From a virus: a stretch of DNA of 64,000 nt. This document shows positions 38,902-50,197 of this stretch, in pieces. Every line of letters begins with the position of its first letter. Position 1 is the stretch's first letter. Location: positions 9,209 to 73,208 of the IMG/VR virus record IMGVR_UViG_3300038393_003172. One strand, written 5' to 3'. A program made the translations under genes and the position numbers. The notes beneath the pieces were generated by a model. It had not been told where the DNA came from. It did no database searches and saw only the letters and a list, made by a program, of their open reading frames with translations.

Positions 38902-41900
38902 TTACAGCCGGTGCGCCGGCAGGGGCAGGCCCTGCCGCAAGAAGCCGTGCCGATCCTGCTCGTGCTGGTACACGTCGAAGCGGCCCATGTCGCACAGCGC
39001 CAGCCTGGCGTCCAGCAGGTCTTTGCGGAACCCGCGGGGGGTGTCGGGGCGCTCGCCGCGCTCCACAGCGAACGCCTCGCGGACGAACATCTGTAGCTCG
39101 AGCGCCGTCTTAGGCAGGTGGCTCAAGTCCTCCGGAGGGGGCAGGGGGCGGAACAGCATCATGTGAGGCTCCTTGGTACTTCAGGGGAGTCAGGGGGCGT
39201 GCCCAGCATCACGGTCCATCGCCAGATCGAAGGTGCGGCTGTCAACGGCCAGAGGCACATCCGGGCAGGTGCTGCGCATGTGGGCCGCATACCCGCCGTC
39301 GTCGCCGGGTGGCAGCGTCAGCCCTGGGTTTGCCATGTCAGCGGCCAGTTCCTCGGCCAGCGCGTCGTCTGCCCAGCCGTCCAGCATCGCCCGCGTGTGC
39401 GTGCGGACCTCATGGCCCAGCACCAGCAGCAGCGCGCCCACAAGGTCGTCGGCCTCGCCCAGCACGTCCACGTCCGCGGTGTCGGGCTCGTCGCGGCTGG
39501 CGCTGGTGATGGTCACCGACAGCGTGACCTCGTACTGCAGCGCGGGCCGACCATCGAGGCCGCCTTTCTTGGTAGGGTGCTGGCGCACCTGAATGCCGTA
39601 GCAGCCCAGCTCCAGGCCGTCATCGGCGCTGTCGATGCTCACCCGGGCAGGCTTCAGCCCGTCGATGTAGCTGAACGGGCCCGATGAGGGCTGCCCCTTC
39701 AGGAACTCGGCCAGGAAGCGGGCCGCGAAGTCCAGTTGGTCGTCGGTGATGCGGTACATGGTGTGGCTCCTTCAGGGCATGGCGGGGAACACGTTGTGGG
39801 CAGGCAGGCCCAGTGCCTCGCGCCGGCCGGCTTCTTCAAGAACAGTGCCGATCAGGTCGGACGCGATGTAGGCGGCCTCGGGGGTGTGCATGCCCCAGGT
39901 GAGCCCGTACTGCGCCACCAGCGCCCGGTAAGCGGCCTGCGCCTGTTCGCGCGTGTAGGGGTCCACCCAGGTCAGCGCCAGCCGCGCCAGCAGTTCCACC
40001 TGGTTTCCGGCCTCGTCGTGGTGGAGGCCGCACTTGTCGCCCACACCCGCGCGCGGTGTGAAGGTGAACGTGAACCGCTGGCGCTGGCTGCCTGGCACCG
40101 GATGCTTGGTCATCGTGCCGACCACTGAGCGGTTTGCGCGGACGTACTTCGTGCCGCAGGCGGTCCAAATGTCGAAGGTAGGCATGGCGGTGTCCTCCGG
40201 GTCAGGATTCAGTGGCGGGCTTGGCGGGCATGTTCTCGGTGTTCCAGATGCTGCGCACCAGCGCGCGCACCTGCTTGATGCCGGCTGGCGACAGCGCAGC
40301 GATGTGCCGTGGGGCCTCGCGCTCAGCCCAGAAGCGCAGGCGCTGCGCCTCCAGCTCGGCCTCGATCTCCTGGGTGATGGGCTGCGCATAGGACGAATCC
40401 CAGGACGATCCCTGCACCTTGCCGGTGGCGCGCGTCAGCCGGGAGCCTCCATCGCACACCACAACCGTGGGCGTGATGCGCTCAACGGTCAGTGCGCGCC
40501 AGAGGCCCCCTTGCTGCACAGCCAGCCGGTCGCCGGGCTTTACGTCGGGGTTCCAAGTGCTTTTCATGGGGTAGGCCCTCTCGTTGCGGTCAGGCAGTGC
40601 AGGTAGAGGCGGCCATGCGCAGCAGCTTGTCGGCGAGCTTGCGGCTGACCTTCAGGCGCTCGTTGTGGTGGCGCTGCAGCGCGGAGCCCTCGCCTGCGGC
40701 CTTGTAGCCCGCGAGGTCGTAGTTGTCGCTCCGGTTCAGGGCTTCCAGCAGGAACTTGAAGTCGGCGCCTGACAGGGCTTCATCGTCGGCGTCGGCGGTG
40801 GTATGGGTGATGGAGGACACAGTTCGGTTCCTTTTCGTGGGCAGCAGTGAAAGGGCGGTGATGGGTCAGGCGGCGGCGGTGCGGGTATGCAGCAGCGCGG
40901 CCAGCTCGGCGTTGCGCTGGCGCTCGCTGGCCAGGGAGGCGCGCAGCGCGGCGGCCTCGGCCTCGGCCTGCAGCGCGCGCGCGTGCCAGCCGTGCAGCCC
41001 CTGGGTCCACCACTCCTGCCCTGGGGGCACGGCGGTTGGGGCCTGCACCAGCGAAGCAGCGTTGGCGATGGCTGCGCGGGCGCCAGGCAGCCATGCCGAG
41101 AGAATCAGGCTCCCTTCCTTGTTGGCGATCTCCACGCGGCCCACTGCCGCCTGAAGGGATTCCACAAGATCGCGCACGGCGTCGCGATGTTGCAAAGAGG
41201 TATTCATGGCAGGGCCTCAGACGACAGCGGCACGGGGCACGCTGATGTGGTTGGGGATCGTCCAGCAGTCATCCAGCAGGAACATCAGAACGGCGTAAGC
41301 GGCCTGCGCGCGCTTGACACAGATGGCGTGGTAGGCCATCGCCCGGCTTGGCCGCGCCTCCAGCCATTCCACGTGAGCCAGGCGCAGCGCCTCCAGCCGC
41401 GCGGGCCAGCCGCGGCGCTTCTTCATGCGCTCCACGGTGGGGAGGCGCAGGCCGCCCGGGTCGGCCACGAAGCCGTTCACCTGGCGCACAAAGGCGTTGC
41501 ATTCCTCGGCCACCTCCAGCGCGCACGCCGCGTCCTCGCGCTGCCGGCGCTCGGCTTCCTGATCGTCAAGCTGCCTGCGCACCAGGGCCTTGTATCGGTT
41601 CTCTGCCGCTACTCCCATGTCGTTCTCCTTCAGGCGGCGCGCTGTGCGCCGTGCTGCAGTTGGTCGGTGGTCATGCGCTCGATGCGCTGCAGCTCGTAGC
41701 GCAGCACGTTGAGCGCGGTGTCGCAGGCGGGGGCGAAGGGGGAGGCAGTGCCGGCGCTGTGAACGCGCTCCGCAGCACGCTCCCGGGCTGCCTGCGCCAG
41801 CAGCGCGCGCTCGGATTCGGTAGTGGTGCTCATGCTGGTGCCCCCTGTCACGCGCTGCGGGTGGCCGCGATCCGCAGCTCGGCGCGGCGCAGCTCGTCGT

Positions 41901-42784
41901 TGAGAAGGTCGATGGCGGCGCGCGCCGTCAGGTGCTGCCGGATGCCGTCCACCGAGGCGGGGTCGCTGCCGTGCGTGGTGCTGCGGGCGATCAGCTTGGC
42001 GAGCCGGGCGTCTGCGGCTGCGCTGCTGCAGGTGGGGTCGCCAAACTCGGCCTCAACAAGCTGTCGGGCGTTGGCTGCCATGCCCTGCAGCAGCTTGCGC
42101 AGGTGCTCGTCCTGCTCGGCGCGCGTGATGTGCAGCACCGCCAGGTTGGAGATGTGCGAGGCGGTGCGGCTGGCGTCGGTGTTCATGTCAGGCTCCGGTG
42201 TGGAAGGTGCCCAGCAGCGCCAGCGCGGCACGGCCCCGCTTGGCGATGGCGTCGGCGTCGAAGTCGCCGTTGGGCTCGATGGCCCAGGAGGGCGGTTGCT
42301 GCTGCACCCCGTGGCCCGTTGACAACTCTGTGTGGGCCGTCGCCGCGCGCAGCGCATCGGACAGCGCCGGCACGGCATCCGCTATGCGGCACAGGCGCTT
42401 GAGCTCTGAGGTGGCCTTGGCGCGGCCTTGCACGGTGCCTTTCTCCAGAAGGGTCAGCAGGACGGGCAGCGTGCCCTCCCAAGTCATGCGCAGGTCGATG
42501 GTCTGCTGTGCGGGGGCGGGGGCCGGCGCAGGTGCCGGGATGGGCAGCCGGAACCCCGGGCGGCGCCAGCAGGTGGTCACGGCCTCGCCGCTGCAGTTCC
42601 GGGTGGCGCCTGACGGCATACGCTCGGGGGCGTCGATGCAGTAGCAGGCGGCGTCATAGGTGATGCCCTGGAAGTCGGCACGCAGGTTGTCCTCGGTATA
42701 GGCGGCCGACGCCAAGGAGCCGGTGCCGTAGAACAGGGCAAAGCCGGCGTGTGGCGTTTCGGGGGTGACGGCGGGCAGGGGCAT
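38902..42784 (-). CDS. Ten small hypothetical genes (38902-39162, 39190-39759, 39772-40185, 40202-40567, 40590-40820, 40866-41207, 41217-41618, 41630-41833, 41848-42186, 42188-42784)
   Basis: Head-to-tail minus-strand ORFs, most with GGAG/AGGA RBS; no recognisable family. Confidence 0.65.
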
Positions 42785-42851
42785 GTCGGGTGCTCCGTGG
42801 TTAGGCGGGGAACGGGGGGAGCCCGGTGCGGGGCTCCCCTTGAGCGGTGCG

Positions 42852-44261
42852 TCAGGCGGTCTTCTTCGCGCCGCGCTTCGCGGGCACCTTCACCGGGGCC
42901 GCTTCAGCGGCAGGCGCTGCGGCGGCACCCTTGCGCGCCTTCGTGCTGCTGCTGCGCGCGGCCTTGGCAACGGCCTGCTGCACTGCCTGCGCCACCTCCG
43001 GGGTGGGGGCCTGCTCGGGCTGCGCGGCATCCTCGGCCGCGAGCTGCACCGGCTCGGCGCTGACGGCCTGCACCGGGGCCTGTTCCTCGGCCGCGCCAGC
43101 CGTCGCCAGCTCAGGCACGGGGGCCTCCACCGTGGCCTGCTCCGGGGCCGGCTCGGCGGCAGCCGCAGCGGCAGCCAAGTTCAGCGTCACGGCAACCGCC
43201 GAGGGCGCCGTCTCCGACACGCTGGCGCCAGCCTTCGCGCACATCTCGCGCAGCGCCTTCCAGGCGTTCAGCTTGATCGCCTCGCCAGAGCCAAACCAGG
43301 CGCTGTCCAGTCGAGTGCTGTTCGTCTTGCGGCGCTCGTGGTCAACGAACTCGGTCACGCTGTTGAGCAGCGACCATGCGTTGCCCTTGCCGCACAGGTT
43401 GGCGCCGATCAGCTTGCCGTCGAACAGCTCCATCACCCGCTTGTAAGCCTTGCTGCGGCGCACATCGGGCAGCGCCTTACCAGGGGGCAGCGACTGTGAG
43501 GACAGCAGCACGTCCGCCACCAGCGCGTCGGCCTGCGCCTCGGTCACGTCCACCTGCGCCATCAGCCGGGCCTCGACAAGCCAGCGGTCCCAGGCGTTCA
43601 CCACGATCCCCAGGCGCTGGCGCACCTCGTCGGCCTTGAACTTCGTCATGTGCGGCACCCGCACACACTGCACGACAGGCCCTTCCGTGGTGTCCCGCTC
43701 GGTCTGCCTGCTTCCGTTCGCCATGGATGCGCCTGCAGCCATCGTCAGCGTGTTGTTGCACACCACGCGCACCGCGGTGAACTTGGCCGTGGTGGACATG
43801 GAGCCGTCGAAGCTCGTAGCGAGCAGCACATAGGGGCGCACCTGATCGTGGCCCACCACCGGGGCACCGTCGTTCACCCGCGCCAGCCCCCAGATGCGCT
43901 TGCCGTCCAGCAGCGAGCCGGCGGTTTCCAGCGTGAAGCCGCCGGCCTCGGCCAGCTTTCCGAAGAAGTCCAGCACCTCGCCCGGCTGGACCACCTTGTA
44001 GCGGCTGCCCACGATGCCCAGCTCCGCGCCGGTATCGCTGCGCACCAGCGCGTGGCCGCCGCTGACAGGGTGCAGGGGGCTGTCCTCCCCGCGCTGGAAC
44101 ATCAGCGCGGCGCGCTCCACGCTCCAGTCCAGCCCCGCCTCGCGGCGCCAGGTTTCGAGGTCGGCGCCAGCCGACAGGCGCTGGCCCAGGCCGTGCCACG
44201 GGGTTTCACCCACGAAGGCGATTGCGTCACGGCCGGTGGTGTTGTCGATCAGGTGAGCCAT
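42852..44261 (-). CDS. DUF932 family phage/plasmid protein with Ala/Glu/Pro-rich tail
   Basis: GETPWHGLG, AGLDW.V, VRSDTG..LG.VG.RYKVVQP, ETAG.L..GKRIW.LA, S.DGS, RVVC.NTL, TEFVDH, WFG.G. Confidence 0.9.
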   Translation of the reverse strand: MAHLIDNTTGRDAIAFVGETPWHGLGQRLSAGADLETWRREAGLDWSVERAALMFQRGEDSPLHPVSGGHALVRSDTGAELGIVGSRYKVVQPGEVLDFFGKLAEAGGFTLETAGSLLDGKRIWGLARVNDGAPVVGHDQVRPYVLLATSFDGSMSTTAKFTAVRVVCNNTLTMAAGASMANGSRQTERDTTEGPVVQCVRVPHMTKFKADEVRQRLGIVVNAWDRWLVEARLMAQVDVTEAQADALVADVLLSSQSLPPGKALPDVRRSKAYKRVMELFDGKLIGANLCGKGNAWSLLNSVTEFVDHERRKTNSTRLDSAWFGSGEAIKLNAWKALREMCAKAGASVSETAPSAVAVTLNLAAAAAAAEPAPEQATVEAPVPELATAGAAEEQAPVQAVSAEPVQLAAEDAAQPEQAPTPEVAQAVQQAVAKAARSSSTKARKGAAAAPAAEAAPVKVPAKRGAKKTA

Positions 44262-44336
44262 TTGTATCTCCAGAGCGCCCGCGTGGGGCAGGTTGAGGGT
44301 CCAATTGGGTAGCGCCTTATTGCGCCGCCGTGAGGT

Positions 44337-44366
44337 AAATTTAGGTGTTGCGCCCAATGGTTGCAA
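44337..44366 (-). promoter_or_regulatory. Promoter with operator B
   Basis: TTGCAA-17bp-TAAATT; TTAGGTGTTGCGCCCAA at 44341-44357. Confidence 0.8.
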
Positions 44367-44398
44367 GGTAATTCATCATTCCTTGCCCCCCTGTTTGG

Positions 44399-44413
44399 GT
44401 AGCGCCGCGCTAC
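44399..44413. promoter_or_regulatory. Operator A
   Basis: Perfect GTAGCGCCGCGCTAC. Confidence 0.8.
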
Positions 44414-44431
44414 ATGCAGCGCACAGAAAAA

Positions 44432-46117
44432 CTAGGCGGCGCGCTGCGCAGCCAGCAGGGCAACGGACACGCTGGTGCCAGCGAAGGCGTTGTCGTGCTG
44501 GCGCGACCATTCGTGCTGCAGCCCCGGCAACACGTCCTTGCCGCGCATGCCTGCAGGCAGCACGGCCACAAGGCGGCCCTTGGGTGCGAGCAGTTGTGAC
44601 GCGGCCTCGATGTGCGCCTGCGCGCGGCCCTGGCTGAAGGGCGGGTTCATCACGATGCGGTCGAACGTGCGGCCCTGCTGGCGCATGGCCTCGGCCCACT
44701 GCAGGAAGTCGGCCTCATGCACTTCCGTAAATCCCTTGGCCTTCAGGATGGTGCAGTGCAGGGGGCTGATTTCCACGCACGTCAGCCGCTCGCGCGGCAG
44801 GTGCTCGGCGATGCCGCCGTGGCCCGCGCTGGGCTCCAGCACGGTGTGGCCTTCGCCGATCTGTGCCATCTCGACGGCCTGCTGCGCCAGCGCCTCGGGC
44901 GTCGGGTAGAACTGGTGGGCCTGCTGGTCCGGGATGCAGCCGCTGGAGACGATCTCAGCCAGCACATCGGCCGGGCAGTAGTCGAACTCAAAGGCGTCCG
45001 GGTCCTTGCCCCGCTGCGTGCCGCCGATGGCCTGCAGCACCGCGCGCGCCTGCTGGCGCACATGCTTGTCGGTGCTGGTGCCGTGCGGGTAGTACTTCAG
45101 CACGCGCGTGTTGTGCAGGCGGTGCCAGCGCTCCGGGTAGCCCCCCGGGTTCGTGCGCTCATGCACCGGCTCGGACGCTTCCAGCAGGCCCAGCACCGCG
45201 AAGGGCAGCGGGCGGCCCATCATCACGAATTCCTTGTGGGGCTTCTTGGGCTTGGTGCGGAACTCGCTCGGTATGGCTGCGGGGTGCAGGTAGGCCAGCA
45301 CCTGATTGAGCCGCACGGCCATGTCGGGATGCACCTCCAGATGACCGTTGCCGTTCAGGTACACCCGCAGGCGCAGCGCGCCGCCATCCAGCGTCAGCCA
45401 CTTGCCAGGCTGGCGCTTCTGTGCGTTCTCCACGATCTTGTTGGTCGCATAGTGCGGCGGTTCGTCCCGCCCCATGAAGCGCGCGATCACCACACGCAGG
45501 TCGTTGATGAGCCCGCACCTGCCGCCATAGCTGCCCCATTCGTTGAGCACGTTGGTCAGGATCATTCGCTTGAAGAACCCCTCGGGCCTGTTCGTGACGT
45601 GCTCCCGGGACAGCCCTTGGAAGATGCCGTCCACGCGCTCCGCGAAGAACCGCTCCCGCGAGTGCAGCAGCTCCGCGATGGTAGACAGCACGGATTCACG
45701 CTCGAAGGCCGGCGTGGCGTGCGTCCTGATGGCCTCGTGCCATTCGTCCCGGCGTGCCTTGGGCATGTGGTTGAGCACGTCCGTCAGGCTGATGGCCTCC
45801 TGCCAGAAGTAGGCGTTGAGCGCTGCCATGGCGCCAGCGGGGGCGAACAGCTCCTTCACCGTGGCGCTGATGCTGTGGCGCCGGTCCTTGTCGGTGTTGC
45901 CGTCCACGAAGTAGCTGAACACGCCCCCCAGCTCCCCCTCCATGGTTTCGGCCAGCCGAACGATGCGCAGGCGCGCGGCCTCGTACCGGCCGAACAGGGA
46001 ATCCAGTGCCCCCGTGGGTGCTGGGGCGAAGAACTGCGGCGCGTCGTCATCGACCACCTCGCAATGGGCTGGCGCTGCTGCAGCGGCCACGTCGAAATCC
46101 AGCGTGTCTTGTGTCAT
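44432..46117 (-). CDS. DUF4942-type SAM-dependent DNA methyltransferase
   Basis: LS.EHVTN.P.GF.KRMI, H.EVHPDMA.RLN, QFYPTP, LEPSAG.G, MNPPF. Confidence 0.88.
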   Translation of the reverse strand: MTQDTLDFDVAAAAAPAHCEVVDDDAPQFFAPAPTGALDSLFGRYEAARLRIVRLAETMEGELGGVFSYFVDGNTDKDRRHSISATVKELFAPAGAMAALNAYFWQEAISLTDVLNHMPKARRDEWHEAIRTHATPAFERESVLSTIAELLHSRERFFAERVDGIFQGLSREHVTNRPEGFFKRMILTNVLNEWGSYGGRCGLINDLRVVIARFMGRDEPPHYATNKIVENAQKRQPGKWLTLDGGALRLRVYLNGNGHLEVHPDMAVRLNQVLAYLHPAAIPSEFRTKPKKPHKEFVMMGRPLPFAVLGLLEASEPVHERTNPGGYPERWHRLHNTRVLKYYPHGTSTDKHVRQQARAVLQAIGGTQRGKDPDAFEFDYCPADVLAEIVSSGCIPDQQAHQFYPTPEALAQQAVEMAQIGEGHTVLEPSAGHGGIAEHLPRERLTCVEISPLHCTILKAKGFTEVHEADFLQWAEAMRQQGRTFDRIVMNPPFSQGRAQAHIEAASQLLAPKGRLVAVLPAGMRGKDVLPGLQHEWSRQHDNAFAGTSVSVALLAAQRAA

Positions 46118-46156
46118 GGTCAGGGCTCCTGTCGTTGGTAGGTGTGCAGGGGAAGG

Positions 46157-46828
46157 TCAGGCAGCGAGGGGCACGGCAGGTGCAGCGGTGCCAGCCGCGC
46201 GCGTCACTGCAGCCTGTGCCTCGGGCGGGAGGTCGGCCACGGGCACGCAGTCGCCGGTCTGGTCGTAGAAGTAGAGCTCCATCTGCCCCACGTCCGCGCC
46301 TGCCGCATAGCCCAGCGGCTGCAGCACCTCGGACAGCCGCGCCGCGGTGCCCAGCAGGTCCAGTTCCTCGCGCACGTTCTCCACCACCTGGTCAAAGTCG
46401 TCCTCGCGGTTCCTCTGCACCATGTCCACGGCCTTGCCCGTGGCTGCCTGCAGCGCGGCGGCATCGTCGGCCGCAGCAGGGTGGAGGGGCTGGCGCAGCC
46501 GAATGTCGAAGTACTCGGCCAGCGTCACGGTCGGCGTGTTGGTGGCCGTGTCGGCCAGCGTGAAGAACCCGGGCATGTCGTAGAAGCGCCGGGCGCGCTG
46601 CAGCACCGGCTCCGCGTCGACGCCAGCCAGCACGGGCAGCTTGGCCTCATGCCTGCCCGTGACCATCAGCACGCCGCTCGCGGGGTCGTACACGGCAGCA
46701 GTGATTTCCTCGCTGGGCATCCAGCCTTGCACCTCGGCGGTCAGGTCGTGGAAGGGGGCGCTGCAGTGCGCCAGCGCGAACGAGGCGGTGGGGCAATCGG
46801 CAAGCGTGAAGTCGGCCTTTTTCGACAT
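46157..46828 (-). CDS. Acidic hypothetical protein
   Basis: MSKKADF start after CAGGAG. Confidence 0.7.
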   Translation of the reverse strand: MSKKADFTLADCPTASFALAHCSAPFHDLTAEVQGWMPSEEITAAVYDPASGVLMVTGRHEAKLPVLAGVDAEPVLQRARRFYDMPGFFTLADTATNTPTVTLAEYFDIRLRQPLHPAAADDAAALQAATGKAVDMVQRNREDDFDQVVENVREELDLLGTAARLSEVLQPLGYAAGADVGQMELYFYDQTGDCVPVADLPPEAQAAVTRAAGTAAPAVPLAA

Positions 46829-46885
46829 GGTGTGCTCCTGTGCCAGCAGGCGGGTTGCGGGTTTGGTTCGTGCTGGCATGTCGTG

Positions 46886-46989
46886 ACATTAGGCGTGACA
46901 CCAAAATGATTGAATCAGAAACACGGATTTCTTACCCCCTCATCGCGGGATGCGTTGTCGTTGAATCTTTTTGGTGTAGCACCTAATGT
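46886..46989. promoter_or_regulatory. Back-to-back promoters, each with operator B
   Basis: Minus: TTCAAT-17bp-TAATGT with site 46889-46905. Plus: TTGAAT(46961)-17bp-TAATGT(46984) with site 46970-46986. Confidence 0.8.
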
Positions 46990-47032
46990 TGTCGCATGCA
47001 AACGCGCAACGCAACCTGAAAGGAGCGACGGC

Positions 47033-47860
47033 ATGCAGGTCAAATTGATCGTGGGCGCGACCCACGCCTATGTGTGCATCACGAAGGAAAACGGCGGGTC
47101 GCTGGACTGGCGCCTGGACGGCGGGTGCGGCCCCGTGGCCGACCTGCGGCGCCAGATCGAGCGCGAGCGCGCAGACATCGCGCGCCGCGAGGCGCGGCTC
47201 GCCACGCTGGCCGAGGCCGCCGCGGTGCTGGAACTCAGCGGCCATCGGTGAGGGTGCAGCCATGCAAGCCCCTGACACCAAGCCCGGCGCCTACTTCGTC
47301 AGCGTGCAGGACGGTGACCGCTTCGCTGCCGCCCTCGGCCCGTTCGTGGACGACCACGCGGCTGCGCTGGCGCAGATCGAGGCCGTGCGCGCGCTGGCGC
47401 AGCGGCTGCAGCCCCGCGCCGCGTTCTACGCCTTCGGCACCTGCCGCCTGGACCACGACCACCCGCAGGCGCAGCGGCCCGGCACGCTGAACGACTACTT
47501 CCCGGCGCTGGCGCTGCCAAGCCGTGCCGCCTGGGTGCAGCAGCAGGGAGCAGCCGCGTGAACGCGCGCGCTGTGTACCGGGCCGTCATGCGGTGCTACC
47601 GCATCGCGCGGCGCGACCCGATGAACGTGGCAGGGTTCGTGGCCGCCACCGGCGCTGTGCGCGAGCTGACGGGCGTTTGGGACGTGCCCATGCCCCCCAC
47701 GCCGCAGCAGCGCGCCGGGTGGGAACGGCCGCCGCGCTCGCGCTTCGTGCCTGCCGACTTCGGAGGCCCCGAGCGCGAGGTGCTGACGCAGCCGGGCCGC
47801 CTGTGCGTGTGGCGGTCCATGACGCTGTTCTGCAGGCGCACGCGCGCCGCCCCCCGCTGA
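47033..47860 (+). CDS. Three small hypothetical genes (47033-47251, 47262-47561, 47558-47860)
   Basis: AAGGAG RBS after the plus-strand promoter; coupled ORFs. Confidence 0.65.
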
Positions 47861-47975
47861 CGCCTGCGGCTGCCTGCCGCAGCACCCGCCCGGCCAGCGC
47901 CGGGCGTTGCCGTTTGTGCGCCTGGCTGCCCGGTGCCTGCGCACCTGCAGCGCCAGCGCGCGGCGCCAATGCGAA

Positions 47976-47995
47976 CGGGGGCCGAAGCCCCCCGA
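47976..47995. terminator. Hairpin between convergent operons
   Basis: CGGGGGC-CGAA-GCCCCC(C)G. Confidence 0.5.
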
Positions 47996-48018
47996 GGTGT
48001 TGTGTGTGCGCGGCTCGG

Positions 48019-48285
48019 TCAGGGAGCCGCGAGGTGCTCGTAGAGCTCCGGGTGGCGCCGCTGCATTTCGTCGGTGGCGATCTGCAGCGCCTGGGCCTCG
48101 TCTGCGGGCAGGCTGCGCACATAGTCGCCCTCGTACCGGAGGGTCAGGCGTCCGTTGCGCACCCGCACGGTCAGGAACCCGTCGCCATCGGCGCACCATG
48201 CGCGCGCCTGCGGGTAGAAGGTCCAGACGATTGCGCCGGCGCGTTGCGTGCGCAGCGCAGCGGGCGGGGCAGAGGGGGCTGGCAT
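48019..48285 (-). CDS. Array gene, hypothetical
   Basis: Preceded by variant motif CCCTGCTACCCGCACAGGAG. Confidence 0.6.
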   Translation of the reverse strand: MPAPSAPPAALRTQRAGAIVWTFYPQARAWCADGDGFLTVRVRNGRLTLRYEGDYVRSLPADEAQALQIATDEMQRRHPELYEHLAAP

Positions 48286-48329
48286 GACTGGCTCCTGTGC
48301 GGGTAGCAGGGAAACGGGGGATGGCTCCA

Positions 48330-48977
48330 TCACCACAGGTGGCAGTTGTCGCCATAGTCGCCGTCCTCCAGCGCCTGCACGCTGGGCATCAGTTCCACGA
48401 CGGACTTGTCGGGCTCATCAATGCTCTGCGCCCACACCAGAGCGACCTTCCCGTTGGGCAGGTACACCCGCACGTAAGGCCCACCGCCGCGGTCCTCGTC
48501 GTACTCGACCCGGATGGGGGGCGCCTCCTGCGCCTGCGTTGGCGCGGCTGCAGGTGGGGCCGCAGGTGCTGGCGCTGGGGCAGGTGCTGGCGCAGCGAAG
48601 CAGGCGAGGGCCGTGCGCCGGGCAGCACTGAAGCTGCCGTAGGCGTTGCCCAGCAGCGCCAGTGCCGCGTCCTGCGTGATGGCCTCGCTGATGTTCTCGA
48701 TGCCCGCGGGACCGCCGCTCCAGCGCGCGCGGTTGCCCTCCAGCGCCATCACCAACTGCTCGCGCGCTTCGTCGTCGGTCTTGGTGGGGTCGCTGGCCTG
48801 CGCGCGCAGCACGTCACGGGTGGCTTCCTCCAGCGCGCCGAGCGCCGCGAGCAGTTGCGCGCGCGCCTCGCACTGGCGCTGTCGCGCTGCCTGGTGCTGC
48901 TGCCGCACCGCAGCCAGCGCCGCGGGGTGCGGCTGCGCCGGCGTTTCCGTGGCAGGGGGGGAGATCACGTTGCTCAT
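48330..48977 (-). CDS. Array gene, LPNGK-domain paralog 3
   Basis: PYVRVYLPNGKVALVW. Confidence 0.7.
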   Translation of the reverse strand: MSNVISPPATETPAQPHPAALAAVRQQHQAARQRQCEARAQLLAALGALEEATRDVLRAQASDPTKTDDEAREQLVMALEGNRARWSGGPAGIENISEAITQDAALALLGNAYGSFSAARRTALACFAAPAPAPAPAPAAPPAAAPTQAQEAPPIRVEYDEDRGGGPYVRVYLPNGKVALVWAQSIDEPDKSVVELMPSVQALEDGDYGDNCHLW

Positions 48978-49020
48978 GTGGGGCTCCTTGGGGGTGTGCG
49001 TGAAAGGGGGGTGAGGGGCG

Positions 49021-49338
49021 TCAGATGCGGGGCGGCATCTGCGCCAGCACCAGCGTGAAGGCGGCGTTCCACAGCGCGGTTTCGGCGTCGTGCTCCGCTT
49101 CGCTGCGCCGGCCTTCCTCAACGTCGCTCGGCAGCACCGGCTCGCGCCCGTGCAGGTCTTCGAACGCGGCAGCCATGAGCATGTTCGTGTCCAGCGGCGC
49201 CTCTGCGGTGCCGGCCAGCACCTGCGCCAGCACATCGGGCAGCAGGTACTCGCGCAGGAGCTGCACGTAGCGCCCGGCCAGTTCCAGCGGGGTGCAGAGG
49301 GGGGCGACGGGGGCGGGGGCAAGGGTCAGGGCTTCCAT
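49021..49338 (-). CDS. Array gene, acidic hypothetical
   Basis: D.NM.MAAAF and LWNAAF; preceded by the motif. Confidence 0.7.
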   Translation of the reverse strand: MEALTLAPAPVAPLCTPLELAGRYVQLLREYLLPDVLAQVLAGTAEAPLDTNMLMAAAFEDLHGREPVLPSDVEEGRRSEAEHDAETALWNAAFTLVLAQMPPRI

Positions 49339-49371
49339 GTGCGGCTCCGGGTAGGCGGGAAACGGGGGGGC

Positions 49372-49785
49372 TCAGAACGCGTTGCGCCACATGCGGCGGT
49401 CGGCCTCGACGCAGGCGAGCGTGTCGTACAGGTTCGCCAGCCGCTGCTCGGCACGGTGCAGGGGAACGCCGGCCTCAAGCCGCGCATAGGCTGCCTTCAG
49501 TCGGCGCGCACTGAATGCCTGCTCAACGCGCCGGATGCGCCGATACATCAGCGCCTCGGCGCACTCCCAGGGTGCGGTGCGCTGCAGCCGGGCGAGCAGC
49601 CCCTGCTCGTGCTCCCGGTTCTGCCGCAGGTATTCGCCGACGCTGCGCCGTTCCTCGCGGCGGTTGCGCCCGTAGAACAGGGGCTCCTTCGGCTGCAGCG
49701 GCGCACCGGGCTTGCGCCGCTGCTGGCGCTGCACGGCACGGGCGATGTTCTGGCGACGGCGGATCAGGGGGGTGATGGCGGTCAT
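49372..49785 (-). CDS. Array gene, Arg-rich hypothetical
   Basis: GAGGA RBS; MTAITPLIRRR. Confidence 0.6.
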   Translation of the reverse strand: MTAITPLIRRRQNIARAVQRQQRRKPGAPLQPKEPLFYGRNRREERRSVGEYLRQNREHEQGLLARLQRTAPWECAEALMYRRIRRVEQAFSARRLKAAYARLEAGVPLHRAEQRLANLYDTLACVEADRRMWRNAF

Positions 49786-49795
49786 GGCTGCGTCC

Positions 49796-50155
49796 TCATC
49801 CCTGCGCTTCGTTGGCCTGCTGCGCTGCACGCGCTGCCTGCTCCTGCATCAGCCGGTGCATCTGCAGCACACCGGGCAGGCGCCACTTGAGGAACTGCAG
49901 CGCCTGCTCCCGCAGGTCCTGCTCCTGCGCGTTGCGGGCGAGGCAGCGGGCCTCCCCCTGCCACGTTGCGCTGGCGCTGCTGGCGATGGTCACCAGATCC
50001 GCGCGCGCCGCCTGCTCATTCGGTGCGGCGCACACCGTGGCGATCAGCATGGCCTCGTTGGCGTCGTGCATGGCCTGCGCGGCGCACTCGAAGGCTTTCA
50101 GCGCGGCACGCTGGGCGTCCACGGCCTGCAGCCGGGCTTCGGTTTCGGGGGTCAT
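49796..50155 (-). CDS. Array gene, helical hypothetical
   Basis: Preceded by the motif and AAGGAG. Confidence 0.7.
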   Translation of the reverse strand: MTPETEARLQAVDAQRAALKAFECAAQAMHDANEAMLIATVCAAPNEQAARADLVTIASSASATWQGEARCLARNAQEQDLREQALQFLKWRLPGVLQMHRLMQEQAARAAQQANEAQG

Positions 50156-50197
50156 GGTCGTTGCTCCTTTGGGGGTAGGCGGGAAATGGGGCAGGGG

